Source: Seison nebaliae (Eukaryota). From it: a stretch of DNA of 42,168 bases. The translations under genes and the position numbers were made by a program. The notes beneath the pieces were generated by a model, which saw only the letters and a program-made list of their open reading frames with translations, was not told where the DNA came from and ran no database searches. The stretch spans positions 62,001 to 104,168 of the forward strand of contig JALJEE010000226.1 of NCBI GenBank assembly GCA_023231475.1, written 5' to 3'. Every line of letters starts with the position of its first letter. Within the stretch, counting starts at the first letter, position 1. Below, in pieces: positions 27,501 to 33,457 of the stretch.

Positions 27501-27633
27501 ACATATCGGTCGAATTGATCATATGGAAAAAGAATTCAATGAAGATGATACAGAAGACGACGACGACGACGATAATAATAACGATGGTGATGATAACGAT
27601 GAAATTCTCAGTCATCCAGATGACGAGAATTGA
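9571..27633 (+). CDS. Giant terminal exon encoding ~6,020 aa of a plectin/plakin-repeat protein (epiplakin-like)
   Basis: The uninterrupted frame extends upstream of ATG 9640 to a polypyrimidine-TAG acceptor ending at 9570. Dozens of plectin-repeat-type motifs: ISLVEACQLGLL, SIDLAIREKLID, LSIIEAVASNLID, LSIIDAINEGLI, VIDPRTEKEIDYLTAKREGIL, ISINEAMQRGLI, MTLYEAIEREHLD, ISVKEAVNKNLID. TGA at 27631-27633, AATAAA at 27838. Confidence 0.85.
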   Translation, partial: STKEVVLPSSTGNSFGAVHLTSGMISPSNCSDGKNGQVYATNSFNDRPSSMAVIDERTKEYGRTSISSIKSSGTGMSSTSIQTSRKRHRDLLKALDIRKFHLNIYNHVNCIRLKKKDMKLRPINRKKDTSSQIATICIPKDVVGIEYDKNEALVPLTSHDFFFIGLFENIFHIPFNDISNVSYATYCSTKKMEENGDTENHLQKLLDVKDSGLKRNKEMLSLNNGEQLGVINPITGRYDKKQIKLNENDKIRFNLLTASHLVEEPEYFSLNNSSRYDFNTPLSHYAFPISLVEACQLGLLIPGEWQQDMSHPNEIFDDSILNPVDGKFYSLNTALNMNLINRTIPQIFFEDKLISIDLAIREKLIDGDRCRFIGFSQDLPIVSAIHHGFIAQPLLLAEAIEYGIVSPMTRNNFVEKQEQQSPCCMSGSIRSTLMESCEAMNIIFTLTNPWSGKVMKMNTEEYMANGFLDMTTCQILDCQNEQSYSLSDGGLSYIHRLLNKEIDGSKANLFTLITEEKIRLLHRTIRLTGAFFRTSDLNTQVRWMSLSEALKKKRIDLSNNRVLNQDLKIWENTKKYDLLDYILNRRIPVTSLKPRKHAKTETVEQLFISQHLDLSTNELVGFYNQKSIQLEDALIKKYINANDYVTLKSLECRIVRQQLPYLMGISVIENVPFSPFTFHLYKKFIETTMNNSISPLPKSIHLQDNHPEINDDAIPIPVIHEKDSKEDLKKRIVNYKWSFVRSENEPNSINSWQIAKVTYIDQMSIILFTVVRYPYRGLIDGKLTEDGLIDDGKLLPKKNIENIHFPCELTIGQMYHSDLINDHSSDSEIFLKLLQNNLINRQLVHVRVNNDKSNSKQIENDSTILNIDELIEKKFLSTNGRFRLNDNEFVLLNTALRSKQYEIIDNYPIIERIHCYTFACRYSDEVKTFVDSLTIPYLNDDKTKIIQVQEKSHEYVIFPHDAPFIPDEVIHREVLPKINFDQSDENFDNYKNVNGIEPPSTSKTTIAYVPLIYDKENDSMISLKRWFHRTKTSEIDQLFTPENNYFIPEIYRQILTDNQLMNDKSLNDMIRMRMFDINSSTFRNEFLEELTEKDIKRKLNGNEMKLLNYFVDHSQSEEMTEEKANEIYQWQRATQLVDDISLSDMQKYFVNSRLLNLLNNSSMNSNNLNLSKAISYQIINPFIPNEIVDCRCEIPKRIPLITALDSDSILTTSNDEIIYDNCLSFTSACAQKLIGVPMLIGNLLQEKLIDEDNFVLINDRRVNLSHLLRNGFISMEKRQLQRRLNKKNEYSKVSSLKELDDDLNRESCQFRCVDGKWRNVLEAFQNEDIVFYVRGIHEHNRPLCVRNNRLDLNSKDGELKLSNDENLNNYEKLFIENEQFTMDRNGKKCSLKEMMERNSLKVEDGKFLIKIENDDENKWIDITEYCRRYGNDDNFVRSLLQFYPHFTKTLRPLTKNDVNQTTIFSLKSFKNPQISDDETLQRIPTATSSLPEMYKEKTNDFTMNIEDAIRQKLYIPQWKLIDVGNGKYEHLSKLIESNCDSIETTSLPMMKFLYNHSNKIFVDVMNGEEMSLEQLLDRKANENKKEVDSNDDYIPGKFDSILTDETIWNNKFHEEWILSKPLKLSEVMKYDLMDEKKKTVRHPHTFDNRQQPFELAILLKNLDVSDNSTLYNPKTRSTISLLDGVHNGILTNLKGGSDNEKPLSIIVDDNGKEESLKNAWKKGLIPISKPLLSDVRFDEITNEPIDPTTMKSNPYQTVKAHLNSKIPQLLYFPDIDTSDYLNSQSSLRIYGNPLIVPTKRSTIHRHPYLISLNDAEVANLVDYEGKLLFDYEMDDMEMDQQLFEAIRKNRVKLSKVRSIDRTKLYENLYSPETPLTVKDELWRRQQQFTCNFDDNTKHLSIDEAIKLKFIDVDKKLIRQTTTTDDNDDDWIGFDEAVQKQILPEKSLLKISRTLGDMTIIEGINSGIIDLPNGLLSVFSNDNTVKLYETIEQAQSENIISSDVKTILKEFQMNCQFPNEIDYDINKNQYKIASAVGGNVTGPKMLPIEVEKVENLPSINPNRSTDIRRSMDRVSRSSSKRSLFSMNDSMRLTRLSVASKLLSQQPCVADGKNHFISFSDAVEKNLIVIDKNTNNLKYDKFGDGKNMISLKEAMKENDIEPKLFHLLKMKTNLPISTNKLFDPINENEKKLMDVEMAIGAKILKSTTLEFELGQRLNYSKNECRKVPWLTLIAKECPTTTIYENEKNYRKTEKLPLISDYLQLGLVSKTGHLKDVNSGRQLSIIEAVASNLIDIDRVNEVYMRKYDKRVPLFDAICEGVVDVNTGVYRDYNVRTDAMSLSSAYERSFIRPSNDIERRRLLNEWKFKHPFYELRHLSLDELKQKKFVDLNEKLIRKKNNELKSFNEILMEMTFPEMMEKIEGKEMEICERQAEIVNKCVKVKVSDNQMYSVHEAIENGLLPFEFLTGENTKEISLDDKLKKKLLHKISLNMDETKYTKHGTHEKMIYDLLMEKDIDLSNLSIRKQSDESTTILGDYVPLSEAVKTNYMSERDVDILQSLQSFIQINHHLPSTEKRKSNKLYTASENLERLFLHSLPEEDKEEEKKSDDSIVPVTYVLEEESELLTDDEPKSTRDSRIMKLGDTRKLKSVSFDDISIPNFFIDHPNLTIDENIHVVDAVQKNLINFQDKTVQVNGKCVGWSDAVLKGQMDPVLFYLLRAPSGVVPHDEYSDDGDTCDDEEDDDNDDGFGDGEKKTKLKKISENLSSPSKYTMKKNEDMTIGDLISTNKIDITKNKLSGCSNDVIDQMQVYESMLPQLRKISNNINLRRNSESDTDEHVRFSSTLNHIPVTLEKIVRDGLYTAPKNYYTPAFIQHPTIKKIQMTIPEAILLGILPHNTQFELSPTFRYSAIDKPLKQHLTPEKVMLDKYLNNQLTSKDRQPLNHPLLPEVQPVEPLKVVEHKPYTTIRDNYDDFEVSSNLSTSANENENISHHHHPTNDNIPSSRKSHDNKQHRIHQNKIPENQKNFVEIDLSRVPESELVVTHFPNDDGSPYQFPMKLEDAILSDLYVAPTTTNPPLIHHPSDGEKNLMSLFEAVEKGILDPESSVEKLPDFQYNPLDKPKAEYITFRQLMTNTPKKYTSVKVLFPTKKDVEKLKKKKKIKEEEEKKKKKMEEEKEEVVKDNKNDVTSKLEKILDDGEMKEIKDINDVEGTNGNENNLVAAVAAVTAVAADAPRDGRSPSNTTNSLVEEEKKKNISQPSQFTQNRTNMTATSFPPINATRQQDKSSIDDKPSKDDDGTATIEGTLDESNKDLINSPIISFVQTQSSKSPHILEPSNNSASFPIFQQQSINSSFNDNKLMKNGNNHTPSMNDDNMKNMSPTSSHENKKDILEQFDPEQSRENSIIIPSSEHLITSAQKDNDSNIHFPPKQIFIHQQFNTDLSYHHHQISKPSLTPQDKNCSELNKKDNSLLISTPSNFDEENREKIIDEIRDKGVDDKRIVSSTNGYDDYDDVKFNPSNKHQESIYKDDCGNYVIIVSSPRTNNETSPSNVITTINDNSNSSERKRFDDKSPINLKDKSPYNNDPPNNFPEKPSTNLEERPSNNFEDKSPNNFQEKPSNNSFTEKSPNNLEELSNYFTEIPSNNFQDKSPKRFEEKPSNNLEEKPSNSLEKPSNNIKDQSPNNFQDIPANYLEQKSPKNFEEKPSNNLEENPSNNLEEKPSNNLEENPSNNFEEKPSNNLEENPSNNLEEKPSNNIKDESPNNFQNISSNNQEEKPSKDLEKPSNNFQEKPSNNFQEIPSNNLENKSPNNYEGGESSNKLEEKLSDKLKSPNKSQEIDEERRILVDNSINNLVDDPSKVLEKLSSNTNREMTVTNNSPSIIRKKGEVIDGSIDKKDFDRMNNLSNNKLMEENLKRLEESKKEILFPTLDKKSEGRNISNLLFNDFEEEASMREEDKKYYQILDKLTTDEGIPTHYRKLSEILPEETSPETLGTIDDDVLCTKMYRLPSYDELIIEKNNFNIDNEEIRHQRELLKERDVDPTTTPIDFFYSIVTDKNDQPKTDWITSVKDTNSDERLTLKSALESGVMDPIDFSYRQNTTTSHGNNEQQQQQQGQRATSSTIRSSLSYEEAKCREKIETLEERLRMLKRLDLQKRQMQLLTKELQDLIYTIVPSETVDDKGEKIFIISDVFDPKQERHVSVMEARKKGLLNFNDMSKAYNYGEHSFRSALQNHLISSIKDYIRNRLRLAHFPHFSPETISSAEQLELIAPPKFRFHVLGTFSDSNDEPQQKIPDIPYNVVICAPDERRTEQFSDGSDIGLVVNLRDYPTMEVKEAVKKGLIRQYPHYRYVDEEKEINKSLIDAINDGELITLQRYLAKTIFEKNSSAFGTSHVKIGTPPPTPKFPLNEQMEEKRELSGIKPNELNDELNRLVKEKRNRKQKKSKQTINPLTMNERFRKNRNELKKELKDFVFNIIRSPKDIFIISYVYEDIEHTKLLNLEEAVEKKIINLKKSSYFGRTHSKSHSNNSPLTIQHAINAGHIVNINEYFHKSLLKDIEMELVENYPFEENSLSHTFTISVPDTQSQTAIQYVVIQEKNLNEKNNLNTYLITGVRIDADNDDSIYLAPTSKLFNDLVKCEESTGYYYLPKNQSINEAISNGNMMTLQQSSMILRGNRTLSEVNKESMKRLIDDDLNEIFATYPPFPYEKNENIHLLNSYINDDGRMLSIEQAMKEDKIRFNEKSYEPVIFDGDDNGNYITVIDAIEKGIILEMKSFTSQQLECLEKKYENNSKILKELIELKNEGNESNSMNDEKILNEKELYEYLYQNLHLIELKQLNKNFLICPMGSDDRRFLTSLRHDRHSLPPRRILEKSLIGLNGKNESIYLKNKKTLNKLRRGDDYEDIYDYMRTRYINENKSENISSIIDNYPLSVVHFIDPTPSSSNDKSTSSLHTITTNVSSASDVLVLMYVKNEKDDKMNIDEAIRDNYLINTNHEQMKNSKVLDGNDLRLKINSTESIDLRDAVDRGLACDVRKFMNDEMELKNNHLFRSKRPQIMRIGNQTIPYFVFQTKDQKIYLISDVKDTKKEELVSNLNLYNLPKYFSTKSNFFIDESSGKRIPMEQAINKGYVIQLEDIINSLIKNNDIENDEIPKDNLPENYNIPQIEKNGMEIDSEIDSILSGGDDIYYELPVSPSSKPPQIININEEGKGDNVVHATELNPIYLEIEEDEYKELNIQPSPSLLHPGFGTICESLLNKQAQGQHSQNSNSTMEQLSSSPINMSLLIEQTMGSKPSAPVSTNFMSMPIVDEKSVTHQVAFVFDGHKREKYSCKDAIQNSTIDPSNGTYYNHQTGEKMPISMAINHHYIVTMDEIESKCSTQLSEISPNHLDMISPLSLDDEMKMMKSPERIDDEEKIKDISNNEMNNQFSLMKNSESLLTSYTNDSNRDSTISFDDDDLTVYDEDNIIIIHKVILNNGIECPPLKATQLGILDKTTGEYMDEEEGLRLSIIDAINEGLIYATINKNDEYNSKQTTTNSFQESIIQFNVLSVIDPRTEKEIDYLTAKREGILNTTLGLYKNPLDYNFSPISINEAMQRGLINAEVIRSQKSFDLFSAIVIFDALVERVKRKYSITTVIHPNTKKPISGQMAVKEGILDVENNSFTISKHKHLTIQEAVDEKFLDATVDETIERKPMKLSFQNAVLLKLFRPEYGTFTDYFNQQSMTLYEAIEREHLDKNSIAIASSRIGPMSLMKAIDLRLFDRVTGGIDKKRFNEMDASIINISNDVMKYNFEDTIKCGLLNLKTGQFYDIENNQSISVKEAVNKNLIDGTSTIIQHPITKKRLTLKNIIQTFDICENGDIIASGSNDIRMNLSDALYSHSLFSVYNHLTGRTYLPAYDREPLFERTIRNGRYNKDLTFIFTKTNECMTISEAVQRSLIQKSTGYICVNQLTRKYVPLKQAITDGVVILLGQPMITAMNLRGRALKHIGRIDHMEKEFNEDDTEDDDDDDNNNDGDDNDEILSHPDDEN
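20257..21057 (+). repeat. Coding minisatellite, 24-bp unit (consensus peptide L/F-EEKPSNN, variants DKSPNN), about 33 degenerate copies
   Basis: Recurrent TTAGAAGAGAAACCATCAAATAAT; most homogeneous at about 20655-20823. Confidence 0.95.
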
Positions 27634-27837
27634 ATTGTCGATGAAAATCGAACTTAATTAGATCAGAAAAGAATAATAGAAGTTATTCGAAAAACTTGTT
27701 TTATTTTCACCATCGCAAATCGTGACGACAATGCACAAAAACTGCACACAAACTATCCTGCATTAAGATCATTATTCTTTATTTCCTCCTATTTATTTTT
27801 TTCCTTTCTTTTCGCTTGTAACAAAACATTTTATTTC

Positions 27838-27843
27838 AATAAA
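27838..27843 (+). terminator. Putative polyadenylation signal of the giant gene
   Basis: AATAAA about 205 nt after the stop codon; weak evidence in AT-rich DNA. Confidence 0.4.
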
Positions 27844-28619
27844 TTCTTGAGAATTTACTCGGTACAAATACTTTGTCGATCACAAACCGTTTATTTAGTT
27901 GAATGATATCTCCCCTATCATATTTTCCTCTAAAAATCCCTTCAGTCACATTACGTATCTCGACTCTATTCAATTGACAGCAAACACAAAATAATAGTTA
28001 TATAATTTCCTTTTCTTTTTGCTTACTACCACACAACTTATCTGTTTCATTCAATTCTCCCAACTCGGACCGATACACAATAATTTTTTTTTCTGATTTT
28101 ATCTCAACAGATTTACAGTTTATTTCCAAATAAATATTATAATACAATTAAATTAAACTAAAATATATTCACTACAAACTACGAATAAAATAAACGAAAT
28201 TTGATCGATTAATCAATTGAAATTGAAATTGAAATTAAAATCCCAGAAAATTTTGAAATTAATTATTTTAGAAATAAATTTCAAATATCAAATGAGAAAA
28301 TAAAGAGAAAATTTTGAACGAATGTTAATTGGAAACGATTAGAATATCGCTTTAATATCTATTTATGAAAGAGCTTTAATTTCAGAAAAAACTTTCTATA
28401 GAACATTCAAAGAAAAATGATTAAAAGAAAATTTGATTTAAAATTATTCAAATTTCCTGATACCAACAATTCGAGTGTTGGAACAGAGTTTTCTTCAAAT
28501 TTCCCATTAGATTGAGAAGAAGAATAATAGAAATGAAAGAATAAACTTCTTTTTCTCCTTTGTCACAGATTAATAAATTGATTATCCTTTTTATTTTGTC
28601 ATCAGATTTATCTTTTATT

Positions 28620-30610
28620 ATGAGAATAATTAATCAATTATGTCGTTCTTTCTTGTCTCCAAAAGCTCGTGCCATCAAACATAGTGGGAGAGCTCTTTCT
28701 ACCAAGATCGGTCGATTCGAAGTGAAAGAACATGACTATGATGCAGTAGTAGTGGGAGCTGGAGGTGCAGGATTGCGTGCTGCTTATGGATTGTCGAGTC
28801 AAGGATTCCGAACAGCAGTCATCACTAAATTATTTCCTACACGATCACATACAGTGGCAGCACAAGGTGGAATAAATGCCGCTCTCGGTAACATGGAAGA
28901 AGATCATTGGTCTTATCATTTTTATGATACAGTGAAAGGATCAGATTGGTTAGGAGATCAGGATGCTATTCATTATATGACAGAAGAAGCACCAAAAGCT
29001 GTTCTAGAAATGGAGAATATTGGAATGCCATTTTCTAGAACTCCTGAAGGAAAAATTTATCAACGAGCATTTGGAGGACAATCGTTGAAACGAGGAACTG
29101 GTGGACAGGCTCATCGAACAGCTGCTGTCGCTGATCGAACTGGTCATGCTATTCTTCATACTCTCTATGGTCAATCATTAAGATATGATACTGATTTCTT
29201 CATCGAATATTTTGCTTTGAATTTAATAATGAAAAATGGTAAATGTGTTGGAGTTGTGGCGATGTCATTAGAAGATGGAACAATTCATCAATTCAAATGT
29301 AATAATACCATCTTAGCAACGGGAGGATATGGTCGTGCCTATTTCTCTTGTACATCTGCTCACACTTGTACTGGTGATGGAACGGCAATGATTCAACGTG
29401 CCGGATTACAAAATCAAGATATGGAATTCGTTCAATTCCATCCCACCGGTATTTATGGTGCTGGATGTTTGATGACAGAAGGTTGTCGTGGAGAAGGAGC
29501 TATTCTCATCAATAAGGAAGGTGAAAGATTCATGGAACGATATGCTCCTACTGCTAAAGATTTAGCATCTCGAGATGTCGTTTCTAGATCGATGACGATG
29601 GAAATTCGAGAAGGACGAGGAGTCGGTGAATTAGGAGATCATATTTTCCTCCAATTACATCATCTCCCTCCAGATGTCTTAGCTTCTCGTTTACCTGGTA
29701 TTTCGGAAACGGCCAAGATTTTCGCTGGTGTCGATGTAAATAAAGAACCGGTACCGGTTTTGCCAACCGTTCATTATAATATGGGTGGTACTCCAACCAA
29801 TTATAAAGGACAAGTCATTAAATATTCGAAAGAGAATGGTGATGAAATCGTTCCAGGATTATATGCATGTGGAGAAGTCGCTTCGCCCAGTGTTCATGGA
29901 GCTAATCGATTAGGAGCGAATTCTTTGTTAGATTTAGTTGTATTCGGTCGTGCTTGTGCATTGACGATTAATGAAGAATGTAAACCGAATGATCCGAAAG
30001 AATCTTTACCAAAAGACTCATTAGATCAATCATTGACACAAATCGGAGATCTGTTAAAAACCGTCAGAAATAACAAAAATGATGGTGTACTCACTGCTGA
30101 TCTTCGACTTCGACTACAAAGAATGATGCAGGAACATGCTGCCGTCTTCCGAGATGGTCCAGTCCTTCAAGAAGGTTGTGATAAAATGAAGAAATTATAT
30201 TCTGAATTACAATCATTAACTATTCGAGATCATGGTCTTATTTGGAATTCTGATTTAATCGAAGCTCTCGAATTACAAAATCTTATGATCAATTCAGTTC
30301 AAACAGTTGAAGCAGCTGTAGCTCGTAAAGAATCTCGAGGAGCTCATGCTCGTGAAGATTTCAAAGTTCGAATTGATGAATATGATTATTCGAAACCGTT
30401 AGATGGTCAGAAGCAGAAACCGTTCGAAGAACATTGGCGAAAACACACCGTCATCGATTCGGATGAGAAAGGAAATGTTAAAATTTTATTTTTTCATTAA
30501 CAATTTATAATTAATATTTACAGGTCAAATTAACTTATCGTCCAGTGACGGATAAGACGTTGGATGAGAAGAAAGTTCAATTCATCCCACCAATCATTCG
30601 AAAGTATTAG
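28620..30610 (+). CDS. SDHA: Succinate dehydrogenase flavoprotein subunit, mitochondrial; exons 28620-30476 and 30524-30610 (647 aa)
   Basis: GAGGAG FAD-binding motif, [10 protein letters not shown] covalent-FAD His, [33 protein letters not shown]; Arg/Ser-rich transit peptide from ATG 28620. A 47-nt intron (GTTAAA...TTTACAG) restores the conserved C-terminus [28 protein letters not shown]. Confidence 0.98.
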
Positions 30611-30755
30611 CATCGATGATTTCTTGCTTTAATCTTAGATTTTATTTGATTCCATCTGAAAGGAGAAAATGGAAATTTTACAATTTTTAAAGAAATAAAT
30701 TTTAATTTAATTAAAAATTTCATCAATAAATTTGTTTTTTTTCCTTAAATTTAAT

Positions 30756-32851
30756 TTACGTATGAAAAACTTTATTTAATAATCCAACTAACTTGTAAAC
30801 GTTGTAAATCGACCAACGATTCAATTCTACATTTGCACCGTTTTTTATGAATATCTTATTTAGAATTCTTCCTTTTTGCCGACTGATAATTCCGTCGCTA
30901 AATTGTCGTTCCTGCATTTTATGCAATTCATCCCAAATATTCCCCGTCTCTAAATCGAGTTTCTTCATAAAATATTGACGAGTATCACTAATTTCTTCTC
31001 GATTCCTCCGTAATTCATGATGAAGAAACTATTAAAAAATAAATTAAAATTATTCCAATTTATTCTCAATGTATTAGAACCACAATATCTGTTGATTCAT
31101 TTTTTGATCGTAACGTTTGCATCGAATTCCCCAAACTAATAAAAGATATCAAATAAAATAAAATAAAATTAAATTAAATTAATCCAACGAAATATCATTC
31201 TCTGTCCGCAAAATCGACTGATAAAAAAAATTAATGGAAATTAATTGTTAAAAATTAGAACTTGTTCATCTTCGTCGATGTTCATAGATCTTAAAGTAAG
31301 ATCAGGTAAATTATCGAATTCCTTATCGAATGAATGACTCACGTTAGTTGACGAGTTGATATGAGGTAACTGAAAATTAGTTTTATAATATTAATAAAAA
31401 TTGTTTAAATTTCTTGGAAAAGATTATCAAATTCCATTTTTGAGTAACTTCATTACAGAAACAAAATTTCGTAATGTTTTTTTTTTTGAGAAAATATTGT
31501 TTTGGAATTGGTAAGAAGGAAACACGACTAACTTTAGTATCATCCTTTCTCGATCGAGATGAATTCATTTTGGACATATGGAGACTCGTCTTGAAACACA
31601 ATTAGATTATGAATGAAATTATATAAAACAAAACTTTCCTATTTGATGAAACAGAATTGACTGCGGTGCTTGTTTGTCTAAAAATTTTCCATTACAATAT
31701 AAATCGATTTATGTCAATCGATAAAGAAATGAAACTTCAATTTAGTTTCGATAGTTTTATCCAAAATTTTCAGTGCCTTACTTAATTGACCGAACACTTT
31801 CTCACTTTTACCGCTCAATTTCTTTAAAGGAAATGAAGGAGAAGAAATGGAGAAGTTGAAGAAACATGCAAATAGGATGAGTGTTGGATCATCGTTCGTT
31901 CCAATTTATATATTCGATCGTTCATTTCTTCGATTAATTGTTTGTGTTTCTTTTGTCTCACTTCACACAACTGGAAGAGATTGTAGAGAATGATAAGAGA
32001 AAAAATGAACGTCAATAGTTTTTCGGAATATCGTCTTCATAGACTGAACTTCTTGCGAAGTCTGCTCCGAAATCTGAATCACCTGTCGTTTCTGCAAGGT
32101 CCTACATTGGATGGAGAGAAATGATTATTATTCAAATTTATCAATTCAACTTTACAATATAAAGTGTACGGTCTCACCCAACACGCATACATCGAATAGA
32201 GTAACATAATATCGTGATAAGTGATCTTATAGGGAGTGAGAATATATTTAAATTCTTTCGGAGTACAAATGCCTAAGTCGAAATTGAAACAATATTTCTC
32301 TAATTTATATCGTGCTTTCTTTGGCAACATTTTCTCCATGAGAAAATTGAAAAATCTCAAATTCTCACTACGATAAGGGAAACTATAATAATCGTCATAA
32401 TCTATCCTCTTCATTTCCACCACTACAAATTCGTTGGCGATGAGGTAAATATAAAGAATCCATACGAACATTTCGAATTGTAAATTGCGCGACTCCTTCT
32501 CCATCAATTCATATTTCGAGTTTTGTATTTTCATTCGACCTTCATCAAATTTCGACACGTTCTTCTCCAAACTATTTATTGATTCCGTAATTTTCTCACT
32601 AAAACATTACTTTATAAATTAACGAATATGTGAAAGGAACTTTTTCTTATCTTGATTCGACACGTATCGAATCGTATCGCTCAAATTGTTGGAGATGGTG
32701 GCTTGAAGTTGATGGAATATCTGGAATCGATTCGTTAATTGACGATCGACCTCTCTCGATACCATATCATTGACGTAACTCTGCAATTGATTCAGTTGTA
32801 CGTTGTCCAACATCTTCTTCGTCGTTCGAATATTTTTTTCCAATGTGTTCA
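30756..32851 (-). CDS. Multi-exon coiled-coil protein with CCDC154-like C-terminus (start not located); exons 32851-32641, 32598-32470, 32101-32011, 31970-31866, 31821-31736, 31677-31635, 31589-31533, 31369-31262, 31217-31189, 31135-31081, 31028-30756
   Basis: Eleven exons join in frame through GT-AG introns; heptad-like E/K/Q/L composition. The C-terminal KIFIKNGANVELNRWSIYNVYKLV resembles, from memory, the CCDC154 terminal FIK...NxWxxY motif. The gene is well supported; the family assignment is tentative. Confidence 0.65.
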
Positions 32852-33457
32852 CTGAGAACGAAAACTATTAAACGAGTGTTAAATGAAGGAATTATTATAA
32901 ATATTTGTTGGAATGCCAAGAATTATTTGTGAGTTAATAATCATATTGGACAGTAGGGAATAAGGACATAATTGAAATAGAATTAATATTTTATTAGATA
33001 TTCGAGAAGGAATGGAACAAAATAGAAATTTAATCAAATAGAAATTCTCCTTATAGTTTCAATGGTCAACAGATGGTAAGAAAAGGAGACCGTTTCAAAT
33101 TCAAACAAATGCCTCTAATGTCAAGTTTTTCTTTATTTCAATATCGTGTCAACTATTTACACATCAAATCTAATTGAATTATTGTGACAATAGAAACGCA
33201 GTTGCTCTAGAAAACATCAAGAAAAGGAGAATAATTCTCCTTGCTTAATTTGGGATCATTTGCATGAAAAATTTATTAGAATTTATCCTTCAAAATCACC
33301 TCTCCATAACAACGAATGTCAAGGAATATTGTCAAAATGGACATAATTTAACATAAGTACGAATAATTTTTTCAGAAACAAATCATTTATTTTTATTAGA
33401 AAATCATTTAGAGTACTTTCACCCAACGACCATTTCACCAATTATCAGAGATTCAAA

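Noticed and set aside
9571..27633. Viral polyprotein, dynein, or PKS/NRPS identity for the giant ORF
   Set aside because: No polymerase, helicase, P-loop or synthase motifs seen; plectin-type repeats and a spliceosomal acceptor explain it.
28560..28619. TTG-initiated hydrophobic N-terminal extension of SDHA
   Set aside because: Non-ATG start; the sequence looks like a pyrimidine tract and acceptor, and ATG 28620 gives a normal transit peptide.
1..30610. Functional clustering of mitochondrial genes (PGAM5-like, SDHA) around the giant gene
   Set aside because: Two genes on opposite strands 28 kb apart; adjacency alone is not evidence in a eukaryote.
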